Notes: generated by a model not told the origin, from the letters alone. A stretch of DNA of 64,000 nucleotides from Lama glama (GCA_028534125.1 CM052832.1:17238001-17302000), one strand, 5' to 3'. Positions 38,030 through 51,225 are shown, numbered from the stretch's first letter. Program-made: numbers and translations.

Positions 38030-38708
38030 CTTTTTTTTTCATTTTTCATATTCTTTTTCATTAAAGGTTATTATAAGATACTGAATATAGTTCCCTGTGC
38101 TATACAGAAGCAATTTGTTTTTTATATACTTTTATATATAGTGCTTAACACTTGCAAATCTCAGACTGCGAAATGTATCCATTCCCACCCCTTTTCCCAT
38201 GGTAACCGTAAGATTGTTTACTATGTCTGTGAGTCTGTTTCTGTTTTGTAGATGAATTCATTAGTGTCCTCTTTTTTCTTTTTTTCAGATTTCACATATG
38301 CATGTTATTATATGGTATTTTTCTTTCTCTTTCTGGCTTACTTCACTTAAAATGATGATCTCCAGGCCCATCCATGTTACTGCAAATGGCATTATTTTAT
38401 TCTATTTTATCACTGAGTAGTATTCTATTGTATAAATATACCACAATTTCTTTATCCAGTCAGCTGTCAATGGACATTTAGGTTGTTTCCATATCTTGGC
38501 TATTGTATATAGTGCTGCTATGAACATTGAGATGCATGTATGTTTTCAAATTAGATTTCCCTTCAGATATATGCCCAGGAGTGGGACTGCTGGATCATAA
38601 GATAAGTCTATTTTCAGTTTTTTGAGGAGCCTCCATAATGTTTTCCATAGTGCCTGCACCAATTTACAATCCCACCAATAGTACACAAGGGTTCCCTTTT
38701 CTCCACAG
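38030..38708 (-). mobile_element. 5'-truncated L1, antisense
   Basis: T-rich tail; aatatagttccctgtgctatacag...ggttcccttttctccaca. Confidence 0.85.
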
Positions 38709-38809
38709 GAATAACGGAACTTTAAAAATCACCATATGGTGAACCAAAATAGCAATAATTGTTTCTGGGAAGAATTATTAAAGAATGTCTGATAATAAAA
38801 CTAGTGGGT

Positions 38810-40428
38810 AATGGCTGCAGGCTCTCAGAGGGCCCTGCAAATCTAGACTTCCAGCCCAACGAGTGCCAGCCAACTCCAGTAGTCGCAAGTAGCTCAGTGG
38901 CTCCCGGAGGCTCCCATGGCTCGAGGAAGCTTCATTAGCTTCAAGATCCTAAAGGGATCCTGTGAATCCAGGCTCCCAACCAAACAGGGCACCAACCAAC
39001 ACCTATGGCATCAAGTTCCTGGCCAGCAATTATAGCCCAAGGCAACTCCCAAGTACCAGGCTCATAGCAGGCCAGCATACCCAGCCTTCTGACATATCCT
39101 GGCACTGGCCAGCTCCAAGGGCCCAAGCTAGCTCCTCTGGTCTCAGGCTTCAATGCTCATAAAACATGGCCTAGCGGTTAACTCATGATACTGGAGGGCT
39201 CCATTGCTAGATTGACTGCTGTTTAAGGCTTTTGATGCACCCTAGTGCCAGGCCACCCAAATACTCCAGCAGCAGTCCACCATGGACATCACCAGAATGA
39301 CCACCTAGAATCTCTGGACAAGCTGGCTGGTGAAGGACTTTGCCTGCCAAAGCCAGTCTGTAAAGACTAGAAGTACCTATGGCCTTAAATGCACAGACAC
39401 CAATGCAAGATCACAAACATCATGAATAATCAGTGAAGCATGACATCACCAAAAGGGAAGTAATAAAATCCAATACTTACTCTAAAGAAATATAGATCTA
39501 TGAACTGTCTAACAAATAATCCTCATTTAAAAATTCAATGAAGTACAAGAAAGCATAGGTACACAATTAAGTGAAATTATTAAAAAAATTACATGAACAA
39601 ATTAAAGTTCAACAAACAAATTAAAACCATAAAAAAAGAAATCCTACATTATAAGAACAATGACTGCTCTGAGAATTCACTAAACAACTTCAAAAACAGA
39701 CTCAACCAAATAGGTGAGAGAATTACTAAATTATAAGACATGTTATTTGAAATCATATAGTCACAGGAGCAGAAAGAAAGAAAAATAAAAAAGAGAGAGA
39801 AAGCCTATGTGAATTATGAAATACCAGTAAAAGATACTATATGCATTATAAGACATGGAAACACCCTAAGCATCAATCAAAAGGTGAATAAATGAAGAAT
39901 ATTTTATATATACAGTGAAATATCATTCAGCCTTGAAAAAAAGAAATCTTGCCCTTTGCAAAAATATGGATGGACTTTGAGGGCTATGCTAAGTGAAATA
40001 AATCAGAAAGAGAAAGACAAATATTGTATGTTCTCACTTTTATGTGAAATCAAAAAAGCCAAACAGAGAAATAGCAAGTAAAAGGATGGTTGCTAGGGGC
40101 TGGAGTTGGGAGAAACAGAAAATGTTCATTAAAGAGTATACTCTCAGTTTTAAAATGAATAAATTCCTGGGATCTAATTTACACATGGTGACTACACATG
40201 GTACTACAGCCAACACTGTATTATATACTTAAAATTTGCTGAGTAGATATTAAATGTTCTCACTACAAAAAAAATTTGTAAGTGAAGGGATAGATGGGTT
40301 AACTGACAATTTTTGTGGAAATCATTTGCAACATATACGTGTATAAATCACTACATTGTACACCTTGAACTTTGTATGTTGTATGTCAATGATATTTCAA
40401 AGCTGGAGAAAAAATTGAAATATAAATA
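38810..40428 (+). mobile_element. Internally deleted L1 (5'UTR/ORF1 start fused to 3' end)
   Basis: 16-bp TSD aataaaactagtgggt at 38794-38809 and 40429-40444; ORF1-like text jumps to ORF2 end/3'UTR at ~39850. Confidence 0.8.
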
Positions 40429-40444
40429 AATAAAACTAGTGGGT

Positions 40445-41060
40445 GAAAGTTAAAAGAATTCTACCTAATTACAACATTCTCCCCACAAAGTTCTTATGAC
40501 CTACCAAGGGAAACTGTAATTTTACAGCAGAGAAGCCTGGAAGGCACCATGTTATCTAACTGTTCCAAGTTAATATCACCAGTAATATAATAAATAAATA
40601 CCAGGTTTTTTCTAATAAGATGCCCTCAAGAGGAAACAATATCACTTCTGTGGGGTATTACTGTCAAAAATGAGTATTCTAATTGTGCATAAAAACTAGG
40701 CAGAAACTAAATTGAAAGATATATTTAAACAGTACCTTGTACTCTTCAAAAATATTGAGCTCATTAAAGGCAAAGAAAAACTGGAAAATGTTTCCAGATT
40801 ATAGGTCAAGCAGAGATATAACACCTAAATCCAATTTGTGATCCTGGATTAAATAAATACTTCAGGAAATACTCTCAAGAGCACTTAGGAGTGGGTGTGC
40901 ATTTTACTCTATATTTCTGAAAAATATTTAAATGCATATTAATTTTATATTATTATAGACAGAATGACAAAGCAGCCATGGTAAAATATTGCATTGTGAA
41001 GTCTGGTGAAGGTCTATGGTAAGTCTGTGCTATTTTTCTTTTCTGTTAGATTAATTGTTG
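40445..41060 (+). mobile_element. Ancient L1 (L1MC/MD-type) 3' region
   Basis: tttacagcagagaagcctgg...aagttaatatcaccagtaat...atcacttctgtgg; paralog at 50185-50850. Confidence 0.6.
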
Positions 41061-43422
41061 CTGAATTGTGATTAGAATATGGTGGATTTGTACTTGACAA
41101 TTTATTATGCCTGAAATCACTTGACATTGTTCTAGCATGTGAAAACCAGTGACCTTCCAGCCCCACATTTGTAAAACAGATACAATATGTGTAGCTGAGG
41201 CCAATAAAAGACCAGAGAATAAGTGTATCTGGGCTAGAAGCCGGAGCTAGTGTCTGATTATCTGATGACATATTTGTGCCAATCATCCTGCACTGCTGAG
41301 ATGCACTGAGACGAGATAATTGAGAGTGTTTAGGGAAAATACTGCACAGGAATAGACATGAGATGAAGTGGACAGATACTGGGAGATATCTGACTGGATG
41401 GGGAGTAGAAATTTACTGGGATAAAGAAGAAGCTGATGATTCGGGGCATTTAGTCTCCATTCTTAGCTGGGAAAAGACTGACTTCGTTGTTAGTTCTTCA
41501 CTAAAATTGCCTGTGACCCAAATTCCTGTGTGCTGTGTTGATGTGAACTGACTTAATGTTGTTTGAAGTTTAGGATTGGCAATGGTATGATCTCAATTTC
41601 TAGCTTACCTTGGGTGTTGCTAGCCATAACAAGGGAACTTGAGTAAAAATCTATTGTCATTATCTGATTTATCACATACAAGCTGTTTAAGCTTAGGCAA
41701 GTCACGTTTCATCTTCCCTTCAGTATACTCATCTACAGTGAAAATAAAAACATGCCTATCATCCTGCCTGTGACAAAATCACATAATGTTCATGTAAGTA
41801 GTTTTAAAAGTAAAAAATAATAAATAAATAAATAAATAATATATATATATATATGTATGTATGTATGTATCTGTGTTCACCTTTGGGGGAATTTTTGAAA
41901 CTGATCTTTATTTTAGATTACAAATTAAATAGAACATTATGATGATGTGACCAGGATTCAAAATCATATACATGAAAATTATGCATTCCAAGAAAAATAG
42001 TATTCATGTATTAAAAGATATTTACATGTTTTGCAAGCAGGAAAGGAAGAAAAGAGATGAGAAATTTCAATGTTTTTTTGAAGTTAGATAGTGAGAGATT
42101 AGGGTACTACATGAAGTGTCCCAAACAGTAAGATTTCCATAAGTACGAGATGTTTCAAATCATTAAGCTATGTCTTTAAAGTCTTTAAAAGTCTTTTTGC
42201 TCAATGATGGTTCACTCTAGGTGGCCCCAATTATTTGCTAAGAGTTCTTTTATATATATGATTCTTGGTTTTGCATTTCTTGAAAAGTAGATTAAGGACA
42301 AATGAATATACTCCATATTATATGCCAAGTTGGAGATAAAGAATCACAGACACATAAAGGAGAAGAAGACATCAGAATCAATGTAACTGCAAGCCACACA
42401 GGAGACTGAGGGGAAGTTTGAGATGTGTTTTCCATTTAACAATTTATTAAATAAGATTTGAATCAATCATATTTAAATTTTAAAGGCCACAAAAACTACC
42501 ACGACATTTGGGTTACCATACAATACTCAGGTATTGACAAGATTTTACTTTATATTGAATTATCCTTTAGCCTTATTCCACTTTAGGTCAATATGCCCAG
42601 TTTAAAGTGTTACATACATACTACACTTATTTCAAGTGGAGATGGTGGCAACAATATAGATAACCAATCTATTACTTTTATAGAAAATTCATTTATTTGG
42701 AAAATATATGTTGATTTTCATAATATACTTTCAAACCAAAAATATTCAAATCATATCAAACTTAAAAAGGAAAAAACTAACACTTCTCATACAGCTTTTA
42801 TCACAAAAGTTTTCCAATATATTTTCATGTAATTCTTTCAAATGCCTATCAGATTTATCAACTCATTTTTCAGAGTCTAGTACTAAGTCTGCATCAGACA
42901 CTCCTTATTGCTTCTTAGGTTAAGCAGGTGCTCCAAGCACTTACTTCACCTAACAATTTCTAGCCTATGATGACTTTATAAGCTGTTGGCACATCTTTAC
43001 AAGATAATTCTACCTCCTTTACACTTTTCACTACCTTGTGAAAACAAAAGTATGAGATACTTACTTCTGCTGCATCACTTGAGGGTCTTTACTGCTATGA
43101 TTCATAAAACTTGTTTTCTTACTATTGATAATGGTATAATCAAGAATATAGCTCAAAATTCCTCTCAATATTAACTAGTATTTGAAAAGAATAAAGTGTT
43201 GAAGAAAAGATTTAGTTTTTCACAGTCTTTAGTTAGATCAAATACAGAAGACAAATTTTGTGATAAATTATGCCCAAAAAGCAAGAAATTAAATGACTAT
43301 CCTAGGGTTTTTAAATTAGGGAATACCATTTTCCATAGGAATTACACCTGAATATTATCAATTTTTATAATTTCTGTGCTTCATTTTCAATTAAGAAAAG
43401 GATACTTTTGTGGGGGGTTTTG

Positions 43423-43548
43423 TTTTTTTTTAATTGAGTTATAGTCAGTTTACAATGTTGTGTCAATTTCCAGTGTAGAGCACAATTTTTCAGTCATAAG
43501 TGAATATACATATAATCATTTTTCACATTCTTTTCCACCATGAGCTAC
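43423..43548 (-). mobile_element. Young L1 extreme 3' end in the 3'UTR of OR2J copy B
   Basis: Reverse complement of the family at 15589 and 29691 (ttgagttatagtcagtttacaatgttgtgtcaatttccagtgtagagcacaatttttcag). Confidence 0.85.
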
Positions 43549-43708
43549 CACAAACTCTGTGATCTCCTAAGAGCACATAATCAATAAGTGCTGATAGAGG
43601 GAGTGAATCAAAGAGTGGTTGATGAATGGATGGTGGGTGAATGGGTGGTAGATAAACCATTGGTGAAGAGATGCTCCATTATATGGTTAATGTCACAAGT
43701 ATAGGGGC

Positions 43709-44641
43709 TCACTCTTGCCCCATTAATCTCTTTACTGCCCCTCTTACATCTCTGTTTCTGAGGGTGTAGATTAGAGGGTTGAGGCTAGGTGTGACAACAG
43801 TATAAAACAGGGCAATGAACTTGCCTTGATCTTGAGACTTTCCTGATGATGGTAGGAGATATATGCACATGGCTGGAATGAAAAAGAGGGATACAACCAT
43901 AAGATGGGCTCCACATGTGCCAAAGACTTTCTGAAGTCCAGTTGTTGACTGCATCCTCAGCACAGCCTGGGCAATGGCACCATAGGAGCTGAGAATGAGG
44001 ATGAGAGGTATGAGAACAAAAATGGAGCTCGTGACCATGAGGGTCAGCTCGTTGGCACGGGTATCAACGCATGACAGTCGCAGCAGTGCTGGAACTTCAC
44101 AGAAGAAATGGTCCACTTGGCGATGTCCACACAGTGGTACCCAGAAGGTAAAGATGGAATGAAGTGCTGAATTAGTAAAGCCACTCACCCAAGAAGCCGC
44201 AGCCAACATATGGCAGAAACGAGGGTGCATGAGGACAGTGTAATGCAAGGGTCTACATACAGCTGCATAACGGTCATAGGACATCACCACCAGTAGTACA
44301 CACTCAGCAGTTCCCAATGCAAGGACAAAATAAAGTTGAACCATGCAACCTTTGTAAGAGATGGTTTTCTCTGAGCCCCAGAGGTTGACAAGCAACTGAG
44401 GGATGGAGCTGGTGGTATAGCAGAGATCCAGAAAAGAGAGGTTTGAGAGGAAGAAATACATGGGTGTGTGGAGATGGAAGTCTAGGTATGACAAGATAAT
44501 GATGAACAGGTTGCCTACCAATGTCATCAAGTAGAACATCAGGATAACCACAAAGAGAACTACTTCCAGATGAGGCCAATTAGAAAAACCCAGTAGAACA
44601 AAGTAGCCTTCAGAACTTGCATTGATTTTTTCCATCATCAT
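43709..44641 (-). CDS. OR2J3: Olfactory receptor, OR2J subfamily (OR2J3-like), copy B; intact, 310 aa
   Basis: Same OR motif set as copy A; full ORF; the upstream acceptor AG is mutated (see findings). Confidence 0.92.
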   Translation of the reverse strand: MMMEKINASSEGYFVLLGFSNWPHLEVVLFVVILMFYLMTLVGNLFIIILSYLDFHLHTPMYFFLSNLSFLDLCYTTSSIPQLLVNLWGSEKTISYKGCMVQLYFVLALGTAECVLLVVMSYDRYAAVCRPLHYTVLMHPRFCHMLAAASWVSGFTNSALHSIFTFWVPLCGHRQVDHFFCEVPALLRLSCVDTRANELTLMVTSSIFVLIPLILILSSYGAIAQAVLRMQSTTGLQKVFGTCGAHLMVVSLFFIPAMCIYLLPSSGKSQDQGKFIALFYTVVTPSLNPLIYTLRNRDVRGAVKRLMGQE

Positions 44642-45339
44642 TCATTTCTTGTTACCCAAGTAAAGAATCCATACACTCAAAAATGTAAGGAATTCTCCAA
44701 AAACTATAGGGACACAAGAAAAAGAAATAGAAGCCAGTTTGAAGGTCCTACCACTATTCAATTCTAGGATAATGTGGGCATTAAGAGAAACTATAATACT
44801 GATAAATTAAAAGAAATAACATTCCACAAACTAGTTGATAACTAAAAAAGAGTAAATAAATAATGGAGAGGAGAAAGCTATTCCTGTTAACAGGATCCTT
44901 CTAATTAATTAAATATAGAAGGAATGGTAAAATTAGAAAAACATTAATGAACACTAAAACTAATGAATGAAAATATGATTAGATAAATATCTAATATTTA
45001 TCTAAAATATAGATATTTTAATCTAAAATATCTCCCCATAAATTATTTGTTAATTACAAAATGAAAAGTATTAGACTTTACAAGAGAAAAACCTGGTGGA
45101 CATCCACAGCAAAACAATCAATGCTAACATCACCAACATTGAGACAAACCAAAATCATGTGACTACTCATGATGCTCTAAACAGGACATAATGTCACTTC
45201 AGTCATATTCCTCCCAAAATGAACAGTCTGACTTTTAGTGAAGAAACATGAGACAAGCTCACTTTGAGACAAATTGGGCAAAATAGCCAACATGCACTCT
45301 TCAAAAATATCAAATTCAAAGAAGAATTTGAAATGAAAA

Positions 45340-45450
45340 TAGATGATAGATAACAGATACATATATGATAGATAAATGATATAGATAGATGATAGATAGA
45401 TAGAGAGATAGATAGATAGAAAGAAATAAGAGAGCGGATGGATGATAGAA
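45340..45450. repeat. Imperfect (GATA)n microsatellite
   Basis: Directly visible; a more degenerate paralog lies at ~56900-57040. Confidence 0.85.
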
Positions 45451-47631
45451 TAAATCTTTTTAGACAGAATATATACTGTTGCCAAACTTGGTTAAAAGGT
45501 TATTAGTACCTCTTTGTACAACTTTTGCAACTTTTCTGTAAATTTGGTATTTTACCAGATTAAAAACTTACAAAATATAAAGGTTTTTTTTACTTTTATG
45601 TTTCATCCATATATTTTCCCTGTAATAGAAATGTAACTTCTTAACTGTTGAGTTCTTCTCACTCTTCCAAGGGTGACATCTGGGAAAATAGTAACTTGAA
45701 AAATTCCAACATAACTAAAGAAGAAAATTTCCATGAAACAAATCATCTTTTTTTTTAACAAATAGTTTCCTTTTCAGGATTTCCATGCCATTTCCATTTA
45801 TGTGATTATAGAAAACACAATAATTATAATCTAAGTCATCTCAGAAGTAATAAAATGATATGATGAACAATATCAAATTTATATATGATTTCAAAATGTT
45901 TACAGAGGGTGAAAAATATTGAGCTTCAATTAAATATTCTTATAGAAAAACTTTTTCTTCCTATTTAATTGCACTCACAGCTTATTATTTCCAAACTGAA
46001 AACTAAATAGAGACACCAAAAAAGAGGCACAGAAACATATGTACATCAACTTATGGACACTCATGTTACAAAGAAAGATGGAAATCTTACTTCACATGAA
46101 TACATTTGTGAATAGATGGGGAAACAGTGATAGAATGCCACCTAAAGTGCATATGAATATGACTGATTTGAAAAGTGAAATTTTAGTAAAAGGAAGGTAT
46201 AAATTCATTGAGAAAGCAAGAAGCAAAAAAGGGTGTGAGGACGGAGGAAAATAGAGAGTAACCTAACTAAAGGAGCTTAAAGTAGAAAGTGTCATAAACG
46301 TACATCACAGGCTGAGAAACCTGAACACAAGACCTGAAGAAGGTTTTTACACTAATTCTTTTTCTTTAGGACAGTAACTGAGACCATATTTAAATCCTTA
46401 TCATAATTTATAATGTCTATGTATATTTGTATTTTCAAACTTAAAGAATTCTGAATATTTACTGAAACCATTAAATGACTTTATCATTTAATATACTGTG
46501 CCCAAAGAATCTTCTTTTCTTTTTTGTTTAAAAAATAAAGTGCATTTCATAAATAGTTACAATTCTTATGTGATTTTTTTTCTCTTGTGGATTTTCAGTC
46601 TTTCATAGGAAAGATTAACACCTCCTTTTGTTATGTAGTAATAGACACAAGGCATAGTAACCAACATCTAAGTATCCCTCCATCTCTCTGTGAATGCTTT
46701 CCTTCATTCAACATTGCCGCATCAATTCTGCTTCCCTCCTTCCACAGTCAGTTTTTCCTCTCACACTTTCTAATAAGCTATGGCGAAAGCAAGAAATCAC
46801 AGCAGATTCATCTGTGATTACTTCTTTTCGGAACACTTTATTGTTCACATTTTAAAAGTGCAACTCTTGAAAAAGATGTTAGCAGTAGACAACTGGTTGA
46901 GTTTCAGCAGGAAAATTAGAAACAGTTTAGCCCTACACCTGTAAGACTGATTCAGGCCTTAAAATTCTTGATCAGGAACTAGTTACACTACCCTAGACTA
47001 CCTTCTACAGCTCAAAAATCAGACAGGAAATCAGACAGTATATTGCCTAAAAGGATTTTTTTTGTAATTAAACCAATGTTTAATATAAAAAATTGTTAAG
47101 CTATGTAAGGAGAACAGCTATGAAGACGTAACTAGAATTCTGGAAGATATCTTGGACCAAGGGACAATATCCAAGCACTTCCCCAAGGCAGAAGTTCAGA
47201 TCTCACCAAAGAAGGTACAGTTGAGCCCAGGGGATGCTGAAGCAGTTCACCACAGCAGAATCAAAAATAGAAACGATCAAATAGTAAATTATGAAGATTA
47301 TTTCACTCAGAGGTCACTGCCATTTGAGGGATGATGAGAAAATTTCAAGATTTAAAAAAAATTCCCTAGAATGGGAGATAGTGTATCATGAGAAATATAA
47401 GCTCAAATGCTGTCAGGTTTTTCTTCTGATGCAGATATAATTCTCTTCATCATACAGTTGCCTGAGTAACTAAGTACAATAATTAAAACAAAGCAGCAGC
47501 TGTGAGATATATGTATCTGTTGCATGACCCACCCTTCAGCATCCTTATAAAAATTAGAAAGGGATACAAGATAAAAGACAAAAAAACAGATGTAAGTAGA
47601 GAAAAGGTAGGAACTTCAAGGTTAAATTTCT

Positions 47632-48450
47632 TCTTACCAGGGGAGAGGAAAATAAAGATCTCATCAAAGAATGTTTTCATGGGCTATGGAATGAAATATC
47701 TTCTTCTCTTTTTTTAAACAAGACAGTATGGAGGAAATGGTGGACACGAGTCTCTTTTTCCCATCGATATTTTCTTATATTAGTCCTTCAACACGTTTAC
47801 CTAGTGCTCAAGTAGTACTCAAACAACTCCTTCCCCTTCTGTCCTTCCTGTGTCTGGCTACATTCCCTGTATTTGTCTACCCAACCCGTGCCCTCTTTAT
47901 GTGTGGATGCATCTACTTGAAATCACCACCATAAATGGCTGCCTATACCATATATTCTAATTTACCACATCAAAATAGGAAAACAGAGTCTGGAAAGTAT
48001 TATGACTATCATTGCTACACAAGAGAGTCTGGAGTCTACCAAAAGACTTGGTTTTAGCTGGAAGGAAGAACTCATTAGAGCACTGAGTATGTCAGGGGAT
48101 GGACCCCTTTTCCTAGAGCAAATGGAGCCTTTATGGAAACAAAAGAACACTCTGATTTGTTTTCCTTGACTGGGGCCACTGGGAGGGTAAATCCCAAAGT
48201 AGCAATTAATGCCCTTCAAGGAGTTGTCCTAGTTAGAACAGTTTCTGAGGAATACCTTCAACATGACTCCACACTGTTGTACTAGGATAACAATAACTCT
48301 ATAGACCCACCATCACTGATAACCACGCTCTAAGCTGTGTTTATAGGGAAGGAAATGAGTGGTCCTGAAACTTCTTCCCCAATTCCTCATGATGCTAAGG
48401 GCCACATTTGAGAGATAACTTGTCAGAGGTAGTCTCATATGGCGGATATG
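47632..48450 (-). promoter_or_regulatory. Putative OR2J promoter and 5'UTR exon, copy B
   Basis: Conserved block; caattaatg at 48203-48211; minus-strand donor ctg|gtaaga (intron starts 47637). Confidence 0.5.
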
Positions 48451-49499
48451 AGAAGCATGAAACATCTTTTAAAATGGAGTACATAAAAGCGAAACTGTAC
48501 ATTTTTTCTTAATTTGCATAATGTCTGCCTGATATCACTAAAATCAAGGCCAAGTTTAGCCCTGCAAAAATATTGAAACTAATCTTTGAAAACCATTCAA
48601 ACCTTAACTCGAAAGGTAACCACCTAAACTCTGAAAACTTAACAAAACTATTGAATATTTTCAAAACATTTTCATCAATAATTTCCTTTGGTGTCTTGTC
48701 AAAAGTTTTGCCATAATACATTTTTAAAAATGAAATTACCTGTGATGCTGGTCTACACCAAATAAGTGACTTACTGATGTTAAAAAAAGTACATCATGCG
48801 TTTATAAATTAATGAATACTTTAAAATTTTTATTTCTAGTATCTTGGTATGGAAACTGTGTATTATAATACGATTACATTTTTAAAATTCTACTTTTAAG
48901 AGAGCAATTGGATATTTCCTTCTATTTAACAGGAGTACCAGAAAACAGTATCTCAGTGGTGTTGATTGTTGTGAGAACTCAATAAGAAAAACATATAAAC
49001 ATTTTCCACAGTGCTTAGTACATAATTATTCAATGCATGTTAGCTACTATTACTATTAGAGTGAATTTTAATTTGAACTGATATTTTAACAAACAATTCT
49101 ATTTCTTTGTAATTCTTTATTTAGACATTTAAAATATTATACATAGAACACCTATATTCTCACAACTCTGATGTTAAAAAGTGTTAATCTGTGCTATGAG
49201 AAAACTAGCATAAGATGAAGCACAAGGAAAGCAGAGTTGGGGAGTTAACACCAAGATTTGGGGCCAGGGAGGAAAAGAGTGGAGGGGAAGCTGGGATCAC
49301 AGGAGATCAGCCCCTCTGAGTTTGCAAGTCCAAAAATATTGGGGATTGAGGGTCAAAGCCTCCGTTTTTAAATTTTCCCCAGAGAAATCTCAATCCCCCT
49401 GAAACCTCCCCTTGCTCCCTTTCTAGAGAGGATGTGGGGGTACCAAGGATACAGAAAAGTTGACATCGCAGTATATATACTGGAGTCTGGTATATATGC

Positions 49500-50170
49500 T
49501 TTTGGGTATATATTCAAAGGAACTGAAAGCAGAATATCAATGAGATACATGCACCCTTATGTTCATTGCAGCATTGTTCACAATAGTCAAGACATGTAAA
49601 CACCCTAAGTTGATCAAAAGATGAAGTGATAAACAAGATTTTATATATTTTAATAATATACGTATATATAAAATGAAGTTCAGCCATGAGAGAGAAAGAA
49701 ATCATGTCTTTTGCAACAACAGGGATGGACCTTGAGAGTACTATGCTAACTTAAATAAGTCAGAAAGAGAAAGGCAAATACTTTATGTTTTCACGTATGT
49801 GTGGAATCAAAAAAGCCAAACTCAGAGAAATAACGACAGTTGCCAGGGGCTAGGATTTGGAGAAATGGAAAATATTGGTCAAAGAGTACAAAATCCTCAC
49901 TTTAAGATGAATAAATTCTGGGGACCTAATTTCCACAGGGTGACTATATTGTATTATATACTTGAAAGTTGCTAAGAGAGTAGATGTTAAATATTCTCAC
50001 TACAAAAAAAATTACACTAAGTAAGGGGTTAGATGGGTAAACTAAGCATTTTTGTGGTAAGCATTTGCAATATATACATGTATAAATCATCACATTGTAC
50101 ATCTTGAACTTACATATGCTGTATGTCAATGATATCTCAATAAAGCTGGAGAAAAAAGAAAAATGTAAAT
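49500..50170 (+). mobile_element. L1 3' end, duplicate of the element ending at 40428
   Basis: Same 3' junction aataaaactaatgggtgaaagttaaaa. Confidence 0.85.
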
Positions 50171-51029
50171 AAATAAAACTAATGGGTGAAAGTTAAAACA
50201 AAACAGAATTCTACTTAATTTAAATATTCTGCCCACAAGGTACTTATGAACTACTTTGTTTACTATAAACATAGTAACTTTATAGTAGAGAAGCCTAGCA
50301 GACAGCATGTTAACCAAGTGTTCAGAGTTAATATCACTGTAATAGAATATTACCAGTAACAGAATAAATAAAAAACAAGTATCTTCTAATAGGATGCGCT
50401 CAGGAAGACACAGTATCACTTCTGTGGTATAACTGTCAAAAATGAATATTCCCATTATGCATAAACACCAGGCAAACCTAAATCGAAAGATATTATAACT
50501 AAAAAATGGCCTGTACTCTTCAAAAACATTAAGCTCACTGAAAACAAAGACAGAGAAATGTTTCCCGATTAAGACACACTAAAAGACATAACACACAAAT
50601 ATAATCTGTGATTGTGAAGTAGATCTTTAGGAAATACTCTCAGGAGCACTTAAGGGTGGGTGTGCATTATACGCCATAAAATTTCAGAAAAATATTTTAA
50701 ATATGTGTTAATATTATATTGTTATAGACAGAATGACAAACCATCCATAGCAAAATATTAACATTGTGAAATCAGTTGAAGGTCTACAGTATGTCTCTGT
50801 GGTATTTTCTTTCTATAAATTTTATTACTTTAATTGTTGAATTACCGTTGGCATATGGTGGACTTGTAACTGAAAATGTATTATGCTTGAAATCACTTGA
50901 CATTGTCATAGCACATGAGAACCAGTGACCTTCCATCCCCACATCTGTAAAACAGAGATAACAATATAAGAAGCTGAGGCCAGAAAAAGAGCAGAGAATG
51001 AGTGTACCTGGGAAGCCAAAGTCAGTGTC

Positions 51030-51165
51030 TATTGTTGTATATTTTAGATTCCACATGTAAGTGATATCATACAGTATTTGTCTTTCTCTGTCTGACTTAT
51101 TTCACTCAGCATAATGCCAAGTCAAACCACATCGCTGCATTCTTTATTATGACTGAGTAGTATTC

Positions 51166-51225
<60 letters not shown>

